64,000 bases of DNA from Octopus bimaculoides. Its lineage: Eukaryota. Below the pieces are notes generated by a model. That model saw only the letters and a program-made list of their open reading frames with translations, did not search any database and was not told the origin of the DNA. Location of the stretch: the NCBI RefSeq assembly GCF_001194135.2, contig NC_068998.1, positions 27,477,104-27,541,103 of the forward strand, written 5' to 3'. This document shows positions 14,196 to 24,470 of this stretch, piece after piece; the first letter of the stretch is position 1; each line of letters begins with the position of its first letter. Position numbers and translations under genes: made by a program.

Positions 14196-14226
<31 letters not shown>

Positions 14227-17200
14227 NNNNNNNNNNNNNNNNNNNNNNNNNNNNNNNNNNNNNNNNNNNNNNNNNNNNNNNNNNNNNNNNNNNNNNNNNN
14301 NNNNNNNNNNNNNNNNNNNNNNNNNNNNNNNNNNNNNNNNNNNNNNNNNNNNNNNNNNNNNNNNNNNNNNNNNNNNNNNNNNNNNNNNNNNNNNNNNNNN
14401 NNNNNNNNNNNNNNNNNNNNNNNNNNNNNNNNNNNNNNNNNNNNNNNNNNNNNNNNNNNNNNNNNNNNNNNNNNNNNNNNNNNNNNNNNNNNNNNNNNNN
14501 NNNNNNNNNNNNNNNNNNNNNNNNNNNNNNNNNNNNNNNNNNNNNNNNNNNNNNNNNNNNNNNNNNNNNNNNNNNNNNNNNNNNNNNNNNNNNNNNNNNN
14601 NNNNNNNNNNNNNNNNNNNNNNNNNNNNNNNNNNNNNNNNNNNNNNNNNNNNNNNNNNNNNNNNNNNNNNNNNNNNNNNNNNNNNNNNNNNNNNNNNNNN
14701 NNNNNNNNNNNNNNNNNNNNNNNNNNNNNNNNNNNNNNNNNNNNNNNNNNNNNNNNNNNNNNNNNNNNNNNNNNNNNNNNNNNNNNNNNNNNNNNNNNNN
14801 NNNNNNNNNNNNNNNNNNNNNNNNNNNNNNNNNNNNNNNNNNNNNNNNNNNNNNNNNNNNNNNNNNNNNNNNNNNNNNNNNNNNNNNNNNNNNNNNNNNN
14901 NNNNNNNNNNNNNNNNNNNNNNNNNNNNNNNNNNNNNNNNNNNNNNNNNNNNNNNNNNNNNNNNNNNNNNNNNNNNNNNNNNNNNNNNNNNNNNNNNNNN
15001 NNNNNNNNNNNNNNNNNNNNNNNNNNNNNNNNNNNNNNNNNNNNNNNNACTGAGCCATGCACCTTCCCTTTGGGTTAGGGTTCTCTTATTCACATTCCTT
15101 TAACTTGAAAGTGTGTCTTGATACATCTTTACCATCTTTCTTTTCCACCTGGCATAACCATACAAGGGGTTACCCAAAAGAAACTGGAATTTTGCAATAT
15201 TATTCTATTCACTTTGTTTAAAATATTCTCCATCTGAAGCAATTCATCAGTACAGCTGTGTCTCCCACAATCTGATGCAGTGCTAGAACTCTTGCAAAGT
15301 GATGCTTTTTAACACTTCTGTCCTTTTTTTTCTTTACCTTTTCCACATCTGCAAATTCCATAGTAGGAGCTTTCATCACCAGTGATGACCTTTGGAAAAA
15401 GGTCCGGATCAACTTCCAACTGTTCTTTCAGTTCACAACATGCATTTAGTTGTAACTACTTTTGATCTTCCATGAGAAAGCAAGACACAAATTTTACTAC
15501 AGCTCTTTTTATTTGCAACTCCTCACTCAAAGTTCGTTGGCAGGAGCTACAGGACACACCAGTCGTATCAACAAGTTCATCAGTTGTTTGGTGATGGTCC
15601 TCCAAGATCAGTTCATGAATTTTCATTATGTTTTCATTCATTTGGGAGATCAACAGTTGTCGTGAATGAGGTTGGTCTTCAAGGAACAAATGACCATTCC
15701 TAAAGTGTGAAAACCACTCATAAACTTGTGTTTTGCTCATTGCAGCATCCTTATAAGCTGTTTGAGGTATGACAACTGTTTTGGCCGCTGTTTTCCCCAA
15801 CAGAAAACAGGATTTCATGGAAGCATGCTGTCCCTTCCTTTCAGCCATTGCAAAATTCAGTGAATAGAGAAGCGCTGCAAAACAAAAGCACACTGCATGG
15901 CAGTATGACATCACCCAACGACACCAGTTGGCAGACTGATGCCTGAGGGTTGCATCAAGTGGCTTCTAGCAGCAAAAGACTGAACTACGATGGGCTTTTC
16001 CCCACAGAGAACGTTTCCGGTTATGTTAGGGTACCCCCTTGTATATCATCCTATAACAAGATACCCATTCCTGTCTCTCTATCATACTTTAACCTCTCAT
16101 CATCTGGCATGAAGCCACTTCCCTCAATACCCTTCCTGTCCCTACCTCAGCTGGTGGGGTTTTGTCTTGCAGCTTACTTGGTGACCTCACTAGTGCTGGT
16201 GTCATGCAAAAAGCACCCAGAACACTTAAGTGGTTGGCATTAGGAGGGGTATCCACCTGTAGAAACCATACCAAAGCAGATATTGGAATTTGATGTAGTC
16301 CTCTTACTCACTGGTTCTTGTCAGACCATCCAATCCATTCTAGTATGAAAAACAAATATTAAATGGTGATGATGACAGTGTATACTATTTTATCAAAACT
16401 GAAGAAACTTTGAAAGCTGTCATATATATATAGTAAATTCAAAAAAAGAACAACAAACAAAAAAAAACAATGCGAGGATGTGGTACATGTCAAGTATTAG
16501 CAGACGCTCGGGGAAGGAAAGATACTTTAACATTTCAAGCAAACGCTCTTCTTCAGAAACAGAGTAGTGTCCAATAGAAAGGAAGACGGAGGAAAATCAC
16601 CAACGATTCACATGGGGTTACATTTTGAAATGACCAGAAGGGAATGGGTGAAGAAAAAGGAGAGTGTAAGAGAAGTGGGTATGTGTGTGCGCATGAGTCT
16701 GTGTGTGTGTGTGTGTGTGTGTGTGTCTGGTTTTGGCTGTTTATATGTGTTTGTGTGAGTGACCTTTGTGTCTCTTAATGTAGGAAGAATTCAGCAGCAT
16801 GGTAACAGGAGTGGCAGTCTTTTGTGTAGTTGTGTTTCTCTTCACATGTGCTTAGAGCAATGGTCAGTAGAAATGTGTTTGACTGGCAGTTTGAAGATTG
16901 TATGTATGTATGTGTGTGTGTGTGTGTATATGTTATGTAGTGTGGGGGGTTGTATATGCCCATGTATGTGCAATTGTGTGCATGTATGTATTAGTGTGTG
17001 TGAGGTATGTGTGAATTCATGTGAGTGTGTGTGAACGTGGGGTTGTGTGTACGTGTTGTGTGTGTATGTGCGTGGGGTTGTGTGTAAAAGGGCATTGGGC
17101 TTCATGGAGGCAAAGTGGTCAAATTCCTTTCAAGCATTAGGCCTCAAGGAGGCAAGGTGGCTGAGTTCCTTTCAAGTATTAGGCCTCGTGGAGGCAATGA

Positions 17201-20200
17201 CCAAGACCTTTGGCATTATGTCATGCTTGAGAAGACCCATCAAGCCGAGCAAAATCGCAGTTGTGGCAGATACCAGTATCAGGCAAATGGTATGTAAAAT
17301 CACCCATTACACTCGTGGAGTGGTTGGTGTTGGAAAGGGCATCCAGCTGTAGAAAACCATGCCAAATCAGATTGGACTCTGGTGCAGCATTCCAGCTTAC
17401 CAGCCCTGGCCAAACCATCCAACCCATGCCAGCATGGACAACAGACGTTAAATGATGATGATATTATATATGTATATATACATACAGATACATGCATATA
17501 AACCTGAAACAATTACTTTTCCAAATAAACAAACAAAAGCAACTATGTTAATATAAAAAGAAAAAAAACCCTCAGTTTTAGAAGTCCTTGTGATTGAATG
17601 AGTATCTTGCTGTAAACATTAATGTATGTTCCAACAATGTCAAAATACGAATTTTTGCTGCCTGTCCTTCCCACCACTGTCCTCCCCAAGCCATGCTGAA
17701 AATATAATCACCTTGTCTTGTTCTGATAATTGTTCTCAGATTTACAATTTTACATTTACTATTTGATCACGATTTGGAAGATAGCTTTATATTGTGTAAT
17801 TATTTAAAAGAACTTCAGTTAAAAATAACTTAAAGTACAAGGTTTAAAATATGATTGAACCATCATCATTTAATGTTCGCTTTCCATGCTCGTATGGTTT
17901 GGACAGTTTGACTGGAGCTGGCTACAAGAAAAAACTGCACTGTGCTTCATTGTCTGTTTTTGACATGGTTTTTATGGCTTGATGCCCTTCCTGACACCAA
18001 TCACTATAAAAAATATAAATTTATTATGAAAATTACAAATATAACAAAATTAAGCCTGATATTTATGTATTTATATTATAGTCAGTCATGGCCTTGGTTT
18101 ATATTTTCCCTTTTTATAGGTGATATACTGCCTGAATTGAAATTAGCATTTTGGACTACAGGTCATTTAAAAAAATTTGACTTAATGTTATAAATAATAA
18201 AGACAATGTTTCTTAATTTTGAGAACAATTAAATTATAGGAATGTTAAGCATAACTTTGACATAACACTTAGATATGTAGATATGACAAATTAATGTGAG
18301 AGAAATTGCTGAGAACATAAACATGTTTTTGGGTAGCTGAAGGGAATATAATTCTAAATATACACAAGTGGTGTATGTGAGAAATATATCAGGTTGAATT
18401 TGTCCTTGGTTAAACAACAATGTAACAAAAAAAAATGAGATAATAAATCTTGATATTTAAAATAATCTAAAAACAATAAAATAACTATACAAAAATAGTT
18501 TTCTAATTATGCTAATGGATCATTAAAGCTGTTGTGTGTATGACCAAGGACAATTGTTATTCCAAACGTAGAAACAAAAAGTAATTATATTAATATAAAA
18601 TGAAATGAAACTCAAATTCAGGTTTCTTTAATATCCCCCTTCTTCTTTTATATGTGTGTATATTTACATGTGTGCACAGACCAAGCCAGTTCTTCCTTTA
18701 TATGTGTACTTGTGTATTTATGTGTGTCCAGACTAAACCTTTAATGCCCCGTTGTGTTGTGCCTTTGAGTAAGACATAAATTTACAAACCTTAATCTGCC
18801 TTAACTGATAATTTTCCCTTCCTGTATAATTAAAGTTAGCAAAGACCTGCTGTAAAAATTACTGAATATTCCAACAATTTGTATAATACCCACTTTTGTG
18901 TTGCACCAACTCTTCCATATTGAAAATAAAATTGACTTGTATTTCTAGTTCTGATGGTGGTTTTCAATATTTTATTGATTTAAGGAAGGTGTAGAAGTCT
19001 GTAGAATCGTTAACACACAGGGCAAAATGTTTAGTGGCATTTCATCTGTTTTTACATTCTGAGTTCAAATTCTGCTGAGGTCAACTTTGCCTTTCGTCCT
19101 TTCGGGGGCGATAAAATAAGTACCAGTTGAACACTGGGGCTGATGTAATTGACTCTCCCCCACTGTGAAATTGCTGGCCTTGTGCCAAAATTTGAAGTAT
19201 TTTATTGATATACAGTTTATAGTCTCTATTTAGCAGTTGTTTTCTATTTTTCAGGTGAATTCCAAAAAAGGTGAAAATGAAGAATCCCCAGATAAGGAAG
19301 AAATTTCTACCTCAGATGTAAGTTATAAATCGAGTTACAAGAAAGAAGGAATAATTATTGAGTTTTAAGACTGTAGTCAGTATAGATAGAAAATACAAGC
19401 CAGCCTTACATCGTTTACTTGAGAAAGCATCAAGCTGTAAAATAATTATTTCCAAAAGGCATAGGTGTGGTTCTATGGTAAGAAGCTTGCTTTCCAACCA
19501 CATGGCTTGGGGTTCAGTCTCACTGCATGGCACCTTGAGCAAGTGTCTTCTACTACAGCTTCAGGCCGATCAAAGCCTTGTGTATTTGGTAAGCCGAAAG
19601 AAGCCCATCATATATACTTATATATCTATGTATGTGTGTCTTTGTGTCTGTCTCCCCCATGACGCCACCACCGCTTGACAATTGGTGTTGGTATATTGAC
19701 GTCTTTGCAGCTTAGCAGTTCAGCAAAAGAGATCAATAGAATAAGTACCAGACTTCAAAAGAAAAAATAAATACTGAAGTCAATTCATTCAACTAAAAGT
19801 TCTTCAAGGCAGTGCCCCAGCATGGCCACAGTCTAAAGACTGAAACAAGTACCAGATAATAATAAAAGTAGTAACAAAGAGACAGTCAATAATATGAAGA
19901 TCAATATCTTGCAGTTCTGGAGTCAATTCACGACTGATCAGCCTTTTACCACTTTGACAGAGCTATATGTCAGTGTAGTCTGAACCCTATACTTGATCAA
20001 AATTGATTGAAGCTAGTCAACTAAAATAGATTAATTTGGAGATCTAACCTACTTCAAGACTACTATTGCTCTATAACTATAAAATGGAGTGAAAAATTAT
20101 TTATGATCTTCTGTTTTCATGTTAACATTGATATTAACTGTTATTTTTATGCAATAATGAAATTTGCAAGCAAATTTATTCTAATGCTACCCATTTTCTC

Positions 20201-23200
20201 CATAACTGGCTGTTATAATTAAAGTAGATTTAAATTTGCTAACCACATTTTTCTTTTAGCTAAGATTATATTGTCTAAGAAAATATTGGAATGAATTAAA
20301 CGTAAGTTAAGAGAAAACATACTGAAGAATGAGAGAAAGAGTTGTGTGTATGTATGCACCTACCTGCCCACCCACACATAGGTATTTGTCCAACCTATTG
20401 CAGCAATGAGAAAATAAAGCAGAGCTGTTGAGAGATTATATTTTAGACAGCAATCATTTTAAGTATTTTAGGTTAATGAAGATATTCGTCTTGGTTATGT
20501 TGCAATATACATATTTTAGTGCAGAATTTATACTGAGATATTTTGTCTATGCTTGATTAATATTTGTAAGATATTAAGCTGTCAGCCCTTTAACAGTATG
20601 ACAAACCATTTTGTAGAGACTAATTATATTTAAAGGTTAATTAGAGAATTGTTGAAGCCTTAAACAAAATTCCTGTGTTATTTAGTTACAGCCCTTTATA
20701 TTCAGGATTCAAATACTTTGTCAACTTTGCCTTTGCTCTTTCCAGGCACAATAAAATACAGAACCAGTCATGCTTTAGGGTTGGCTTAATATACCTACAA
20801 AACATTCTAGAGGTGAATGGAACCATACTTTGTACAGACTTCTTTAGAATCATTCTTTCTTTTATTCTTTTACTTGTTTCAGTCATTTGACTGCGGCCAT
20901 GCTGGAGCACTGCCTTTAGTCAAACAAATCGACCCTAGTACTTATTCTGTTGGTCACTTTTGCCGAACAGCTAAGTTACAGGGATGTAAACACACCAACA
21001 TCGGTTGTCAAGCGATGGAGGGAGGACAAACACAGACATATGCACACATATATACAACAGGCTTCTTTCAGTTTCCATCTACCAAATCCACTCACAAGGC
21101 CTTGGTTGGCCCAAGGCTATAGTAGAAGATACTTGCTCAAGGTGCCCTGCAGTGGGACTGAACCTGGAACTATGTGGTTGGGAAGCAAGCTTCTTACCAC
21201 ACAGCCACTCCTGTGCCAATCAGTTGAGGTTTTTTTTTTTCTTATCTTTAATCTCTCAATATTTTTCATTCTAGGGAGAGTTTGACTTTGTGAGTTGTGA
21301 TTCAGTCGGTTATGCAGAAAATCGCCATGAGCCTTTGCCTACCAAACCTGGAATGGTGGCACGTTTGATGGAGCTGAAGAAACGCCGACAATATATTGCA
21401 AGTGGTAAGATATATTTTATGTGTCATTTGTCATTCAATGTAAGTAGTGAATCTGATTTAATCAGAGATCTGTTGGCCTACCCTTACATATAATCTCCAT
21501 CATAATCATTATACTTACTGTTGCTTACCATACTAGCATGGGCTGGACAGTTTGACAGGATGCAAAGAGCAGGAGGACCATGTCTTGTTCAAACATCTGT
21601 TTTAGTAGAGATTGTTTTTCTGGATACATTATTACATGATACAACTACTAAAGAGATTGTCTCTGCTCAAGTCACTGACCATTTTACAGAGTGTAAAGGG
21701 TCCTTTTTCTGTCACAACAGTACAACTAACATCACCTTGTAACTTTGTAAGACTAACCCTTTAACATTTAAATCGGCCACATCCAGCTTAAATATTTTGT
21801 CTATTTTATGTTCAACCCAGCCAAATCTGATCTCTCACACCTACCCTACAATGTCATTCTGAAAATGCAATCACATTAATGAACTCTCAAAACTATGAGG
21901 TGATACCTAATTAATTCAAAACAATGTGAATAAATAAGCTTTACATTTGACAGAAAATCTGAATACTAAAGGGTTAAAGAATTGTCTCATTCCTGACAAG
22001 GATGAAGAATAGGGAAGAGAGAGAGAGAGAAAGAAAGAGTGTGTGTGTGCATGTGGTGTCTTTAGATGCAGTATTGTGGGAAATTAAAGTACAAGAGGAA
22101 CAGATTTGTTGTTGCGAGAGAGGGTAGTAGTGAAAGGAATAAAGTTTTCCCAGACACCCATATCATCTCACACTTTGTTTATTACAGGGGCCTGTAATGC
22201 TTGTAACGTCTCATTTTCTTCCATTCTGAAAAGAAGAGTAAGTATTATGTTTCTCAAATATCTAATTAAATTTTAAAATAAATTTAGATATATCGGTTGC
22301 CATGCATTCAGTGAGACTTACTCAGGCGGTAGTGTGTGACTGGATACTCTTCCTGTTGACAATTGTTTTTCTTGCAAGTTATCTTTATACCACAGCTCTT
22401 CTTAACACAGTGTCATTGTTGAGCTATGGGATCTGTTGTTTAGAAGACATGTAAACAAGCATAACAACTTTTTCTTAATATATGTCAATATGAAGACATG
22501 TTGAAACAGCACAAGCAAATACACATACACACGTTTATATGGCATCTTTATCGACATCATCATGTTGCATCTACTTTCTATGCTCTTATGGGTTGGGTGA
22601 TTTGATAGGTTCCAACAGCTTGGAGGGCCATGTCTTATGAAATGTCTATTTCTCAGGCTGGATTTTCTTCCTAACGTCAACCAATGTATCCAGTGTGTGT
22701 TGGATACATTTTCTCAAGGCACCAACCCTGTATGTTTATCTTTGACTTTGTATTTGCAAAGAATATAAATGTGAGAAATTAGTTCTCTTTGAACAAATTT
22801 GAGCAAGTTCCCGATATATTCTGCCATGGTATTAGAAATACAGTGAACGTTAATTGTCCCATTGGAAATGTATGACTCTTGCAATATAAATTAAAATCTC
22901 ACACCTCGACTGACATAAATCAGTTACAATGACAAGGGTTTCTGTTAATCTGATCATCAGAACAGCCTGCTTATGAAATTAACATGCAAGTGGCTGATAT
23001 GTGTACCCTTAACGTAGTTCTCAGATTTATGTACCTTTAACATAGCTCTCGGGGAGATTCAGCATGAGACAGGCTGGCCCTTTGAAATACAGGTACTATT
23101 CATTTTTGCCAACTGAGTAGACTGAAGCAACATAAAATAAAGTGTCTTGCCCAAGGACACAATGTGCTGCCGGTATTTGAACTCACAACCTTACAATCAT

Positions 23201-24435
23201 CAGCCGAATCCCCTAACCACTACGCCACATGCCTGCCTGCTTCAATACATGCAATTATCCAAACACACACACTATTCACTGAAACATTGGCTCCTAATTT
23301 TCAACAGTCTACTGTTACTTGTATGTACTCTTATCCTGTTTATAATTCAGTGAAATTAATGTTTACAGTTAATCACACACTGAATATTTACACTGTTTTG
23401 TCTATTTCAAACTAATAGCTTTCTACTTTCATTCATTTCCAGTACTACTGTCGTCACTGTGGTAACCACTTCTGTGCTAAATGTTGTGCTCAAAAAGTAC
23501 CCAAGTCCTTATTTGGAGCTACAGGTGGGTGATTTTTTTCCAGTTACATCCTTAGTTATGACATACTGATATTTCAGCATCCTTTAATGTCCTGGTAGAC
23601 TGACTGATCTCTTGATTTAGGAATCAAATAATTATTTTATACTTTAGCTCACTTTATCAACATAACACTTCTCAAAAAAAAAAAAAATAATAACACTGTC
23701 TTTCTCACTTCCATCTTCTGTTCAGAAGGCAATTAATTGTCTCATCACTGTGCATCTTCTTCCTTTACACAAAGGCATTCAGTCAATGCACATTTCAATG
23801 TAGCAAGTTACTTAATCCATTAATGACAGCATATCTTTCTAGATAGGATTTTCTACATATATCACTCCAGGACAGCCTTTATATTCTACCCCAACTGTCT
23901 CTTCTGGCTTTTCGCTATATTAAGGAAGAGGAGCAGCATTCATAACCTTTGTAGGTACTTACAGACAAATGAGATTTGAGGCAGTTGATACTCAGTTTGA
24001 ATTTTTTCAAAGGGGACAAGAGATGCAAGGCAGGCACATCAGGTGAGTCAGCATAGAAGTATCCAGCTTGCTAATTCAGTGCAGCAGGGTCCATTATAGT
24101 CAGAGTAAAAGGGATGTGTAAATGAAACAGTACATCTGTGAGCTGCTTCTAACAGATGAACTTCAAAGAACAGAAAAGAAATACTTTGAGCCAGAATAAC
24201 TAGCAGTCGAGGTCATGGATAAGGGCAGCTTCTATGTAAAGCATAGGCAGCACCTTTTAGTAAAATCAGTTGATATATATATAATGTTGTCTGGACAGTA
24301 GGGATGTGTAATTTCAGGTGATGGGTAGAGGTAAGATCATACCAGATTCTTTGGATCTTGGTATAAATGTGAAAAAATTGTACAGCAACTAATGATGTCA
24401 TTAAAAATATAAATTAAATCCTATAACAACTACAG

Positions 24436-24470
<35 letters not shown>

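Noticed and set aside
14027-15103. Long ORFs of 200-385 aa here and at 49155-50015 and 59043-60200
   Set aside because: Artefacts of N runs and microsatellites
18120-18161. 42-nt AG..GT segment as a protrudin cassette exon
   Set aside because: It contains TGA in the required phase 0; it is open only in an incompatible phase
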